The position numbers were made by a program, and so were the translations under genes. DNA of 64,000 nucleotides from Ferruginibacter sp. (GTDB taxonomy: Bacteria > Bacteroidota > Bacteroidia > Chitinophagales > Chitinophagaceae). Below are positions 1-8,727 of this stretch, piece after piece (the stretch's first letter is position 1; each line of letters starts with the position of its first letter). The notes under the pieces are model-generated. The model was not told the DNA's origin, ran no database searches, and saw only the letters and a list, made by a program, of their open reading frames with translations. The DNA lies in contig JBGAHV010000013.1 of NCBI GenBank assembly GCA_044225995.1, positions 7,319 through 71,318 of the forward strand, written 5' to 3'.

Positions 1-545
1 AACAGCATATCACTGGCAATAAAACGGCCGGTAAAATGTTTGTGGCTGTACTCCAGCCAGCCTTTTTCATATTGCCAGGGGTGCAGCTTGCGTGCAATGG
101 TCAGGTGCGGCTCCATTATAAAATGCGGTTTGTTATCGTTATCCAGTTTCATCAGCCGCTGTGTTTCGCTGCGTATTTTTTTTACCAGGTTTTGTACGGG
201 CAGTTTACTGGTAATATTGATGTAAATGGTATGGCTGGGAAAACTGCCGTAATCTTTCAGTTCAATTTTTATGGGTGGAAAACCCATGGCCACCAATTTG
301 AGTTTGTTTACAATCCTTGATTCCAGCATGGATTGCTGCAGGAAGTTAACCAGTGTAATATGCGGCTTACCCCAGCGGGCATGTTCACTTTCATATTTAT
401 CAGCAAACTCCTGTTTTACTTTTACAATGCGGTTCCATAATTCTTCATGCGGGTGCAGTACCAGTAAGTACTCAAAAATTTTAAAGCCGGGCAGCGGCGG
501 CGCACCAATAATTTCCCGCTGGCCGTTTACATTAACAAGTTTCAT
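1..545 (-). CDS. 2H phosphoesterase / LigT-like 2'-5' RNA ligase family protein (3' end cut by the window edge)
   Basis: It is absent from the ORF track because it runs off the window. My reverse-complement translation from the ATG at 545-543 reads MKLVNVNGQREIIGAPPLPGFKIFEYLLVLHPHEELW... with no stops down to position 1. It carries two H-x-T-x motifs (KPHITLVNF and EPHLTIARK), which are diagnostic of the 2H superfamily. About 181 aa are visible. Confidence 0.7.
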   Translation of the reverse strand, partial: MKLVNVNGQREIIGAPPLPGFKIFEYLLVLHPHEELWNRIVKVKQEFADKYESEHARWGKPHITLVNFLQQSMLESRIVNKLKLVAMGFPPIKIELKDYGSFPSHTIYINITSKLPVQNLVKKIRSETQRLMKLDNDNKPHFIMEPHLTIARKLHPWQYEKGWLEYSHKHFTGRFIASDML

Positions 546-617
546 TTCTGTCTTAATTTATGTATGAATAATGTTTTTGTTGTGGTTATACAGCAATCAT
601 TTTTTACATAATTGATT

Positions 618-667
618 GCTAAATTATTTACCAAATATTTTAGTAAATTTATACTAAATAATTTAGC
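618..667. promoter_or_regulatory. Nested dyad-symmetry operator candidate in the ligT-like/umuD-like divergent promoter
   Basis: A perfect 13-bp inverted repeat, GCTAAATTATTTA (618-630) and TAAATAATTTAGC (655-667), is separated by 24 bp. Inside it lies a second perfect dyad, TTTAGTA (639-645) N6 TACTAAA (652-658). The right arm overlaps a near-consensus Bacteroidetes -7 box, TAGCTTTA (663-670), 15 nt upstream of the ATG at 685. Confidence 0.4.
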
Positions 668-684
668 TTTACAAAAACATTTTT

Positions 685-1167
685 ATGCACAACGAAGAAT
701 TTTACGGCGCTGCCTACCGCGGCAGCAAGCAATACACACAACACAATATTAAAACCGCCAACGCTACCGGTTTTGGTGCCGCCGCCGACGATTATATGGA
801 ACGGGGCATTGACCTGAATGAGCAACTAATTATGAACAAACCCGCCACCTTTTTTATGAGGGTAAGCGGCAATAGCATGATTAATGCCGGTATTTACGAT
901 GGCGACATTGTTATTGTAGACAAAAGCGTTAAACCGCAAAACGGTAAAATTGTAATTGCAATTATTGACGGCGAATTACTGATACGCCGCTATGAAAAAA
1001 CATTGAACCGCCTGCGGCTGATACCGGAAACACCCAAACTTTCTCCAATAGAAATTGGAGAGTTTAGTGATTGTAAAATTTGGGGAGTGGTTACCTGTGT
1101 AATACGGATGATTGATAACAGCTTAATGAGTTTCAGGAATAATGGCAGCCATTTAAAAACAAGTTGA
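685..1167 (+). CDS. umuD: UmuD-like S24 peptidase (translesion polymerase V accessory subunit / LexA C-terminal-like)
   Basis: 160 aa. The stretch GFGAAADDYMERGIDLNEQLIMNKPATFFMRVSGNSMINAGIYDGDIVIVDKS...IVIAIIDGELLIRRY...KIWGVVTCVIRMI resembles UmuD throughout, and it sits directly upstream of umuC. The Ser nucleophile motif GNSM is present. An Arg occupies the expected Lys position (see findings). Confidence 0.8.
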   Translation: MHNEEFYGAAYRGSKQYTQHNIKTANATGFGAAADDYMERGIDLNEQLIMNKPATFFMRVSGNSMINAGIYDGDIVIVDKSVKPQNGKIVIAIIDGELLIRRYEKTLNRLRLIPETPKLSPIEIGEFSDCKIWGVVTCVIRMIDNSLMSFRNNGSHLKTS

Positions 1168-1245
1168 TGCAAACACAAACTAAAATAAAAATCTGTTTCG
1201 AAAATGCAGGCTCGTAAAGTTCCCCCTTCAGGGGGCGGAGGGGGC

Positions 1246-2529
1246 ATGAAAGCCATTGTGGACTGTAATAATTTTTACTGCAGTTGCGAACGCTTATTTA
1301 AACCGCACCTGGATAATAAACCTGTTGTGGTATTAAGCAATAACGACGGGTGTATTATTTCCCGCAGCGATGAAGCAAAAAAACTGGGCGTTGCTATGGC
1401 AGGCCCTTACTTTATGGCTAAGCCGCTGATACAAAAACACGGCGTGGCCACTTTTAGCAGCAATTATAATTTGTATGGCGATTTAAGCTGGCGTGTAATG
1501 GAAACATTACGCATACTGCTGGGCGAAGAAAAAGTAGAAGTGTATTCTGTAGACGAATGCTTTTTAGACTTAACCGGTTTTGAAGAAAATGATTTACAGC
1601 AACTGGCACTTGATTTACGAAAAACAGTGGAAGACTGGACCGGTATAAAAGTATCTATTGGCGTGGCGCCAACAAAAGTGTTGTGTAAAGTGGCCAACCA
1701 TCTGGCTAAAAAAAATAAAATTGAAACGGAGTGTGTAGTGGTACTGGACACACCTGAAAAAATTATAACGGCACTTAAAAAAACGCCGGTAGAAGATGTG
1801 TGGGGCGTGGGCCGGCAGTATGCCGGCAAATTAAAATACGGCTGGAATGTGCACACCGCATTTGAATTAAGTACCCTTAGCGAAGAGTTTGGCAATAAAT
1901 TTTTAGGCGGTGTGGTAGGCGTACGGTTAATAAAAGAATTGCGTGGAGAGCCCGCCATAGATTTAGAAGAAGAGCTGGTGAACAAAAAAATGATTGCCAC
2001 CACCCGAATGTTTGGCAGCCCTGTGGGCAGTATTAGTGATATTAAAGAAGCCGTAGCCACTTACACATCAAGGGCAGCCGAAAAATTAAGGCGGCAGCAC
2101 AGCGCTGCAAAAGTGGTAAGTGTATTTGTTGTTACGAAAGAGCAAAGCCACCAGCAAAATTTTAAGCAGTACGGCACCATCAGCAGTTATACCACGCTGC
2201 CCTATGCCACATCTTTTACCAACGAGTTAATTACCCCTGCCGTGCAGCTGGTAGATGGTTTATATGAAGAAGGGCAGCTGTATAAAAAAGCCGGTGTAAT
2301 GCTAAGTGGTATTGTACCGGATAAATCCATACAGGGAAATATTTTTGTGCCCGAGCAAAAGAACTGTGGCCGCAAACTGATGGACATGATTGATAATATC
2401 AACTTCAGCCAGCGGGACGATATTTTAAAATTTGCTGCCAGCGGCACCCAGCGGGACTGGAAAATGCGGCAGGAACTGCGCAGCCCACGCTACACCACCC
2501 GCTGGGATGAGTTATTTGTGGTGAAGTAA
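1246..2529 (+). CDS. umuC: Y-family DNA polymerase, UmuC-like (Pol V catalytic subunit)
   Basis: The N-terminus MKAIVDCNNFYCSCERLFKPHLDNKPVVVLSNNDGCIISRSDEAKKLGV is the typical UmuC start. The tracked ORF begins at 1204, but its first 14 codons cover a GC-rich hairpin, so I prefer the ATG at 1246. Confidence 0.85.
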   Translation: MKAIVDCNNFYCSCERLFKPHLDNKPVVVLSNNDGCIISRSDEAKKLGVAMAGPYFMAKPLIQKHGVATFSSNYNLYGDLSWRVMETLRILLGEEKVEVYSVDECFLDLTGFEENDLQQLALDLRKTVEDWTGIKVSIGVAPTKVLCKVANHLAKKNKIETECVVVLDTPEKIITALKKTPVEDVWGVGRQYAGKLKYGWNVHTAFELSTLSEEFGNKFLGGVVGVRLIKELRGEPAIDLEEELVNKKMIATTRMFGSPVGSISDIKEAVATYTSRAAEKLRRQHSAAKVVSVFVVTKEQSHQQNFKQYGTISSYTTLPYATSFTNELITPAVQLVDGLYEEGQLYKKAGVMLSGIVPDKSIQGNIFVPEQKNCGRKLMDMIDNINFSQRDDILKFAASGTQRDWKMRQELRSPRYTTRWDELFVVK

Positions 2530-2600
2530 TGTATTTAGCGGTTGTTAATACGGTTTGTTAATGCCAAATTACCATTTCATGTTTTACCTTTGCGGCTCTT

Positions 2601-3488
2601 ATGCCGGAAAACGATCAATCAGACAGGAAGAAGTTTTTTAAGCGCCTCCGCAAGGGCGAACAGGCCGAACAAACAGAAATGAGTTTTGTAGACCACCTGG
2701 AAGCACTGCGCTGGCATATCATGCGCTCTGCCATCGTATGGCTGGTGGCGGCTATTGCTATTTTTGTTTTTGTGGACTGGATATATGATAACATCATACT
2801 GGCACCATCAAGCGAAAGCTTTATTACCTACAGCACGTTATGCCGTTTTGGCCGCTGGCTGGGTGTGGGCGACAGCCTTTGCATGCCTCCGGTTAAAATA
2901 AAATTTTTGGTGAATGAAGTGAACGGCACTTTCACTTCCGCAATCAATATATCCATGATCGGGGCCATAATTGTGGCATTCCCTTATATCTTTTGGGAAT
3001 TATGGCGTTTTGTAAAACCGGCCCTGTCTGATAAAGAAAAAAAATACGCAAGAGGCAGTATTTTCTGGGTGTCTCTTTGTTTTTTTACAGGTGCCGCTTT
3101 TGGATATTACCTGCTGGCCCCGTTTACTTTTAATTTTTTAGCCACATTCACTCTGGGTAAATCAGGTGCCATTGTGTACCAGCCCACCATCAACGATTAT
3201 ATCGATAGTTTAACCAATATCATTTTGGGCTGCGGCATTGCATTTGAATTGCCCATACTGGCATTTGTATTAGCCAAAATCGGACTGGTATCGGCCAGTT
3301 TTCTGGCAAAATATTCCAAATATGCTTTTGTAATAATTCTGCTGGTGGCTGCCATCATCACCCCTTCTCCGGATATGACCAGCCAAATTATTGTGGCGGC
3401 ACCACTTTTATTACTTTACTGGATAAGTATTTTATTAGTTAGAAGTGTTGACAAAAAACGGGCAAAAGAAGAAAAAGAATGGAGTTAA
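2601..3488 (+). CDS. tatC: Twin-arginine translocase subunit TatC
   Basis: 295 aa with six predicted TM segments. It has the MSFVDHLEALRWHIMRS motif typical of the TatC N-terminus and ...PSPDMTSQ... near the C-terminus. Confidence 0.9.
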   Translation: MPENDQSDRKKFFKRLRKGEQAEQTEMSFVDHLEALRWHIMRSAIVWLVAAIAIFVFVDWIYDNIILAPSSESFITYSTLCRFGRWLGVGDSLCMPPVKIKFLVNEVNGTFTSAINISMIGAIIVAFPYIFWELWRFVKPALSDKEKKYARGSIFWVSLCFFTGAAFGYYLLAPFTFNFLATFTLGKSGAIVYQPTINDYIDSLTNIILGCGIAFELPILAFVLAKIGLVSASFLAKYSKYAFVIILLVAAIITPSPDMTSQIIVAAPLLLLYWISILLVRSVDKKRAKEEKEWS

Positions 3489-3594
3489 GTCTAATGGATA
3501 ATGTTATAATGAATATTTGATAATTTTTCCGGTTCATTATTCTTTAACTTTACATCGTAAATATCCATTATCAATTTTATAATTATCAATTGCC

Positions 3595-4044
3595 ATGACT
3601 CCCTTTAATTTAAAACTGCCTGTAGCCATTGGTTGCGATCATGCAGGATTCGATTGCAAAGAAGACCTGATCTCTTTTTTAGAAGGCGAAGGTGTAGTTT
3701 ACAAAGATTTTGGCACTTACAATAAAGACTCCGTTGACTATCCTGATTTTGCACACCCCGTTGCCACAGCCGTAGAAAAAGGTGAAGCAGCTTTTGGTAT
3801 TTTACTTTGCGGCAGTGCCAACGGTGTTGCCATTACAGCCAATAAACACCAGGGTATACGTGCCGGGCTTTGCTGGGATGAAGAAATAGCATCGCTGGTA
3901 CGCAAACACAACGACGCAAATATTATCTGTATTCCTGCCCGCTTTGTAAGCGATGGCCTTGCTGAAAAAATGCTGGATATTTTTATGAATACGCCCTTTG
4001 AAGGTGGCAGACATGCTGTAAGGGTTGATAAAATTTCCTGTTAA
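3595..4044 (+). CDS. rpiB: Ribose-5-phosphate isomerase B
   Basis: 149 aa. Motifs IGCDHAGF, LLCGSANGVAITANKHQGIRA and FEGGRHAVRVDKI match the RpiB/LacAB family. Confidence 0.9.
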   Translation: MTPFNLKLPVAIGCDHAGFDCKEDLISFLEGEGVVYKDFGTYNKDSVDYPDFAHPVATAVEKGEAAFGILLCGSANGVAITANKHQGIRAGLCWDEEIASLVRKHNDANIICIPARFVSDGLAEKMLDIFMNTPFEGGRHAVRVDKISC

Positions 4045-4133
4045 GTTTACCATTTCTGTCCATTGCCGTTTATAACAAAATTTGGTTTTGTTATAGGCTG
4101 TTTTAGTATTTTGCCTTTTACAAAAATTCACAA

Positions 4134-5720
4134 ATGAAAAAAATATCTCTTGCAGCAGGTTTACTATTTTCAACCTGTATTGTATTTGCACAAAATGATA
4201 ACGCAGCCAAATATGCCGGCACAATAACAAAAGAAAGGCTGAAACAACATCTTACTATTATTGCCAGCGATGAATTTGAAGGCCGTGAAACCGGTACAGA
4301 AGGCCAGCGTAAAGCAGCTGCTTATATCGAAAGCCAGTTTAAAGCAATGGGTTTAACTGTTGCCCCGTCTTTAAAAGGTTATCAGCAATATTACCCCTTG
4401 TATAAAGACAGTCTTGTAAGCACTGCCTTAAAAACAGGCGGAAAAGATGCGGAAGCCGGTAAAGATTTTGTCACCCCGCTCAATACTAATGAATCAGGTA
4501 AGTTTAAAGGGAAAAAAATTGTTTTTATTGGCTATGGAATTGATGATCCTGCTTACAGTGATTACACCAATGTGGATGTAAAAGGAAAAGTGGTGGTGTT
4601 CTTTTTAGGAGAACCCAAAAAAGATGGCAAGTATTTCCTGGGCAATAGTGGTGCAAGGGGCAGTGAGTGGACATTTCCTGGCATTAGCAAGAAGCTGGCA
4701 ACAGCCGCTGCAAAAGGTGCAACAGGCGCTTTGGTTATTAACCCAATGATGGAAACATTTTCTGCACGTTATATCGAAAGTAACAAAAAGACGAATGTTT
4801 ATTTTCCAAGAGAAGCTGCCGGCAAAGCAATTAATTATGCTGTTATATCACACGCCTATGCAAAATACCTGGTGGGTGATAGTTTTGATTTTGCTGCTTA
4901 CCTGGCTGCAGCCAAAGCCAATCAAACATTTGGCATTAACGGGTTTGAGAAAAAAACGAAAATAAATTTTGCAGTAGATAAATACCGCACCACCATCAAT
5001 GCCAGCAATGTGGTGGGTGTTATTGAGGGTACAGATAAAAAAGATGAGTACGTTTTTGTTACCGGGCATTACGATCACCTGGGTAAACAAAACGGTAAAA
5101 TTTATTATGGTGCTGATGATGATGGCAGTGGCACCTGCAGTGTAATCACTATGGCCGAAGCATTTGCAAAAGCCAAAGCTGCAGGCAACGGGCCCAGAAG
5201 GACCATGATATTTATGACTGTGAGCGGTGAAGAAAAAGGCTTATGGGGCAGTGAATATTACAGCGATCATCCTGTTTTTTCATTAGACAAAACCAGCGTG
5301 GATTTAAATATTGATATGGTGGGCCGCATTGACACAGAAAGAAAATCGGCCGACACATTAAACTATGTATACGTTATCGGGCATGATAAATTAAGCAGCG
5401 ACTTGCCGGTAATTAACGAAGGGGCCAATAATAAATACACACAACTTACGCTGGATTATAAATTTGATGATCCCAAAGATCCTAACCGTATTTACTTCCG
5501 CAGCGACCATTATAATTTTGCACGCAAAGGTGTGCCGATTCTTTTCTTTTACGATGGTATGCTGAAATCAGACTATCACCAGCCAACTGATACAGTAGAT
5601 AAAATTTACTGGGATGTGTATGAAAAAAGAGTAAAGATGATTTTTCATACCGCCTGGGAAATGGCCAACAGGGATGAGATGCTTAAAAGAGACACCCCGC
5701 TGAATATGGGAAGCCGGTAG
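4134..5720 (+). CDS. Secreted M28-family aminopeptidase with a PA domain
   Basis: 528 aa with a signal peptide. It shows M28 zinc-ligand contexts (GHYDHLG, ADDDGSG, SGEEKGLWGS, DYHQPTD). Confidence 0.85.
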   Translation: MKKISLAAGLLFSTCIVFAQNDNAAKYAGTITKERLKQHLTIIASDEFEGRETGTEGQRKAAAYIESQFKAMGLTVAPSLKGYQQYYPLYKDSLVSTALKTGGKDAEAGKDFVTPLNTNESGKFKGKKIVFIGYGIDDPAYSDYTNVDVKGKVVVFFLGEPKKDGKYFLGNSGARGSEWTFPGISKKLATAAAKGATGALVINPMMETFSARYIESNKKTNVYFPREAAGKAINYAVISHAYAKYLVGDSFDFAAYLAAAKANQTFGINGFEKKTKINFAVDKYRTTINASNVVGVIEGTDKKDEYVFVTGHYDHLGKQNGKIYYGADDDGSGTCSVITMAEAFAKAKAAGNGPRRTMIFMTVSGEEKGLWGSEYYSDHPVFSLDKTSVDLNIDMVGRIDTERKSADTLNYVYVIGHDKLSSDLPVINEGANNKYTQLTLDYKFDDPKDPNRIYFRSDHYNFARKGVPILFFYDGMLKSDYHQPTDTVDKIYWDVYEKRVKMIFHTAWEMANRDEMLKRDTPLNMGSR

Positions 5721-5740
5721 CTAAACCAATCCGCCAAAAT

Positions 5741-5772
5741 AAAAAACCCGGAACAGCTGTTCCGGGTTTTTT
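5741..5772. terminator. Bidirectional intrinsic terminator
   Basis: The sequence is AAAAAA-CCCGGAACAG/CTGTTCCGGG-TTTTTT. This perfect GC-rich palindrome, flanked by A and T runs, lies between convergent genes. Confidence 0.7.
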
Positions 5773-5793
5773 ATTTAACTTTCTTATTGCTGA

Positions 5794-6195
5794 TTATTGT
5801 TTTTCATCTTCCTTCCTGCATTCCTTCACAATGGTATGAAATACATCATGTGCATTTGCAATCAGTTTCTTTAATTCATCATCTGCTGCATTATTTGCAA
5901 CGGACGTTTTTATTTCAGCACATTGCTTTACTAATTTTTCCAGCGCAACTTTTGTTTCTTTAGGTTTGTATGAGGCCGGTATAGCAGAGGCCTGCCATTG
6001 TTTGGCTGCCAAATACATACTGTCGGCCTTGGCTTTTAATGGTGCCAGGTTGCCTTCTTCAGAAGGATGAAATGTGGAAGACATAAAAGAGTGAAAATTC
6101 TTCATTTCCGGCCAGGGAGCAGGATTTGTTTGTGCTGAGGCTGTTATTGCAAAAGCAAATACGGAAAGTACAGCCAGTTTAAATCTCAGTTTCAT
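5794..6195 (-). CDS. Secreted hypothetical protein, helical, with His/Met-rich motifs (last gene of the copper-type cluster)
   Basis: 133 aa with a signal peptide ending ASAQ. It contains FHSFMSSTFHPSEEG and NAHDVFHTIVKEC segments. I recognise no family. Confidence 0.6.
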   Translation of the reverse strand: MKLRFKLAVLSVFAFAITASAQTNPAPWPEMKNFHSFMSSTFHPSEEGNLAPLKAKADSMYLAAKQWQASAIPASYKPKETKVALEKLVKQCAEIKTSVANNAADDELKKLIANAHDVFHTIVKECRKEDEKQ

Positions 6196-6198
6196 GTT

Positions 6199-6513
6199 TT
6201 ATTTTTTAGCGGTTAAATATTGTTCGGGGTTTTTTAAAAATTCATCCTTGCATTCTTTTGAACAAAAGCCATACACTTTATTTTTATAAACAGCCGTATC
6301 TTCTACGCCCGCTGTTACCGGCATGCCGCATATATAGTCCTGCTGGTTTGCAAATGCCACACCGCTGAATTTTTTCTCAGCCGGCGGCGGCATCATCGTG
6401 TGCGAATCATGTTTTGAAGTATCTGCAACAGGGGTTTTATTTTCAGACGTGTTATTATTGCATGCAATCAATAAAACGCTTACAATAAATGGAATTCCAA
6501 TAATCTTTTTCAT
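6199..6513 (-). CDS. YHS-domain lipoprotein
   Basis: 104 aa with a lipobox-like LLIAC. The C-terminal DYICGMPVTAGVEDTAVYKNKVYGFCSKECKDEF matches the YHS/TRASH metal-binding domain pattern. Confidence 0.75.
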   Translation of the reverse strand: MKKIIGIPFIVSVLLIACNNNTSENKTPVADTSKHDSHTMMPPPAEKKFSGVAFANQQDYICGMPVTAGVEDTAVYKNKVYGFCSKECKDEFLKNPEQYLTAKK

Positions 6514-6551
6514 AACTGGTTTTTTATTATAGCAAAGTTACAGGCAATTGC

Positions 6552-7595
6552 TTATTGTTCTGCAAATAATCGGTTACTTGTAAATTCTGAATCTGTGAGT
6601 GTTTTTAAAAACGCCATCAATTTCTTTTTTTCTGCAGCATTTAATACAATTCCGGGTTTGCCACTTCGTATAAAAATACTGTCAAGCGCAGGGTTCATTT
6701 TCATTCCTGAAGTGTAGTGGTTCAGTACTTCTTCCAGTGTGTTCATTCTTCCATCATGCATATATGGTGCAGTAAGGGCAATATTACGTAAAGAAGGCAC
6801 CCTGAATTTTCCCCTGTCTGCTGGGTTACTGGTAATAGTATCCCTTCCCGGGTCTTCAGACCATTCATCCAGGCCATTATTTGTAAACGATAAATTTGTA
6901 AACAATGGCTCGGTATGGCAGGATGAACAATTAGCTTTGAACAATGCATATCCATCGGCCTCATCTTTAGTAAAACTGCCTCCCGGCTCTTTCCTTATAA
7001 AATGATCGTACTTAGAGTTGGCAGAAATTAGCAATGCCGTAAACTGCGCCATGGCACGAAGCATTTTTTGCGAATTAATTTCGGTGCTGCCAAATGCGTG
7101 CTGAAACAACAAAGGGTAAGTTGTACTGGCCCTTAGCCTGCCCAAAATGGTGTCCCATGTGTTGGCCATTTCGCAGGTGCTTGTTAATGCGTTCAGCGGG
7201 GAAAATTCAATATGCTTCACACCTCCATCCCACATAAACTCCTTTTGCCAGGCAAGGTTAAAAAGTGCCGGTGCATTTCTTGTTCCAAAACAAAAATCAA
7301 CCCCATGGCTGGTGGCATGATCCAGGTTAGCAAAGGCAGCAAATGGCTGGTGACAGTTACTGCAGGCAATGCTTTTATCTTTTGAGAGCAACGTGTCATA
7401 AAACAATTTTCGCCCCAGTACAAAACCAGCATTTGTTGGCGGGTTATTGATAAACTGGTACACCGGTGGCGGAAAATTGGCAGGTATTTCAAAACGGGGC
7501 GTATCTGTAAATACCATACGGGCTTCCCCTGAATTTTCGAAACTGAAGTTCAGAAAAGTGACCGCCAATACCAATACTGCCACCAACTTTTTCAT
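6552..7595 (-). CDS. Di-heme cytochrome c peroxidase family protein (MbnH/MauG-like), copy 1
   Basis: 347 aa with a signal peptide and two heme c motifs (CSNCHQ and CSSCHTEP). The conserved FRVPSLRN and PYMHDG segments of the CCP/MauG family are present. It lies immediately downstream of an MbnP-like gene. Confidence 0.85.
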   Translation of the reverse strand: MKKLVAVLVLAVTFLNFSFENSGEARMVFTDTPRFEIPANFPPPVYQFINNPPTNAGFVLGRKLFYDTLLSKDKSIACSNCHQPFAAFANLDHATSHGVDFCFGTRNAPALFNLAWQKEFMWDGGVKHIEFSPLNALTSTCEMANTWDTILGRLRASTTYPLLFQHAFGSTEINSQKMLRAMAQFTALLISANSKYDHFIRKEPGGSFTKDEADGYALFKANCSSCHTEPLFTNLSFTNNGLDEWSEDPGRDTITSNPADRGKFRVPSLRNIALTAPYMHDGRMNTLEEVLNHYTSGMKMNPALDSIFIRSGKPGIVLNAAEKKKLMAFLKTLTDSEFTSNRLFAEQ

Positions 7596-7598
7596 ATA

Positions 7599-8357
7599 CT
7601 ATTTTTTAACGGATGTAACCGTAAAGAGGCCTTTGGCATAATTATCGGCAATAACTACCGACTTGGGGCCGCCCATGGTAAAACTAAGTTGAGAAAAATC
7701 AACGGTTGTGTTTCCTTTAAAAAGAGCCGCAGCATTTACATCTAAATTAATTTCGGCATTGGTGCTGCTTTTAATTTTAAGTTTACGTGGTAACTCCTGT
7801 GTAAAGTTGCGAATGGTGTTATCCGGATCAATGGCACCACCAATATGATATACCAGTTTATTCTTCTTACTGGCAGATTTGCTGGAAACACCTTCCAGTT
7901 TTACAAAAATATAACCGCTCTTCCATGTCCAGAACATTCCATTGGCTGGATCAAGGCAGCCTGTTTGTGCTCCTTCAAAGTTGCGGGCACTGTCCACGCC
8001 AATTATAAACTGAATACTCTGATACTTTCCTTCAGGTATACCAGTTATTTGCTGTGTGGTGGTGGCAGCATCGGCAGCATTTACCAAAAAATAGGAATCC
8101 GGCAGGGAAACCTGCTCGCCGTTGGTTTTGGTAAGCACAATATTGCTCACATAATACTTAAAGGTGGTTACATAAAAATCATCTCCATGCGCATTGCTGT
8201 ATTTGTTGGCGCTGTCGTTCAGGCGTAGTGGCTGTCCGTCAACAATGTTGTTAAAATGAAATGTTATGCTGTTTTGTTGTGGTTTGGGTTTTTTGGCAAA
8301 CGCTGCCACTGCAAAAAGCAGTATGGTGGCAGTAATGACGATAACTTTACTTTTCAT
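7599..8357 (-). CDS. MbnP-like (WxW motif) periplasmic metal-binding protein, copy 1
   Basis: 252 aa with a signal peptide. It has FKYYVSNIVLTKTNG and the FWTWKSGYIFVKLEG WxW motif that I associate with the MbnP family. It is paired with a di-heme peroxidase, as in MbnP/MbnH pairs. Confidence 0.65.
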   Translation of the reverse strand: MKSKVIVITATILLFAVAAFAKKPKPQQNSITFHFNNIVDGQPLRLNDSANKYSNAHGDDFYVTTFKYYVSNIVLTKTNGEQVSLPDSYFLVNAADAATTTQQITGIPEGKYQSIQFIIGVDSARNFEGAQTGCLDPANGMFWTWKSGYIFVKLEGVSSKSASKKNKLVYHIGGAIDPDNTIRNFTQELPRKLKIKSSTNAEINLDVNAAALFKGNTTVDFSQLSFTMGGPKSVVIADNYAKGLFTVTSVKK

Positions 8358-8377
8358 ATAACTGTTTAGTTAGTGAG

Positions 8378-8614
8378 TTAATTATTTTCAGTGGGCTCTT
8401 TTTTAAGATTGCTCACACGCCGGTACATAATAATAACACAGCCAATTACAAGTATGGCTACTGCAAACAAAGCCGTTAACCATCCTGCATTGGCTGATGT
8501 AAATAATGCTGTTATGTGATCGTAAATCTCCATAAACAGCACTGCAGCTACCATTAGAACCAGTGCAATTATCAGCCCCCTGGTTTCCTGCTGGTATATT
8601 GTTCTTTTTTTCAT
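8378..8614 (-). CDS. Small two-TM membrane protein
   Basis: 78 aa with two hydrophobic helices. It lies 20 nt upstream of MbnP-like copy 1 on the same strand. Confidence 0.5.
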   Translation of the reverse strand: MKKRTIYQQETRGLIIALVLMVAAVLFMEIYDHITALFTSANAGWLTALFAVAILVIGCVIIMYRRVSNLKKEPTENN

Positions 8615-8623
8615 TTTATTTTT

Positions 8624-8668
8624 TTAAAGTTTTTAAAAATGCAGGCAGCACATGCACGCACCGCCTGC
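8624..8668 (-). terminator. Candidate intrinsic terminator or attenuator between the two MbnP/MbnH modules
   Basis: On the minus strand, the hairpin GCAGGCGG...TGCCTGC (8641-8668) is followed by ATTTTTAAAAAC. It sits about 60 nt after the stop of the barrel gene. Confidence 0.35.
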
Positions 8669-8727
8669 GACCAAACCTATATAAAACAATTTTTGGCCGC
8701 CATTAGCAGCCTTTTTATAAACATTGG

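Noticed and set aside
1464-2060. Long antisense ORFs occur inside well-supported genes, for example 1464-2060 (198 aa), 9760-10296 (178 aa), 19270-19761 (163 aa) and 45020-45520 (166 aa).
   Set aside because: These are shadow ORFs opposite strongly conserved coding frames. Their composition is low-complexity or Cys/Phe/Ile-rich, they contain no motifs, and several start at non-ATG codons.
3563-3576. The 14-mer ATCCATTATCAATT recurs at 53445-53458, and ATCAATT-type repeats occur inside the GT2 gene (about 21291-21330). I considered a dispersed repeat family.
   Set aside because: A 14-mer coincidence is expected several times in an AT-rich 64-kb window. The copies have no shared flanks or structure.
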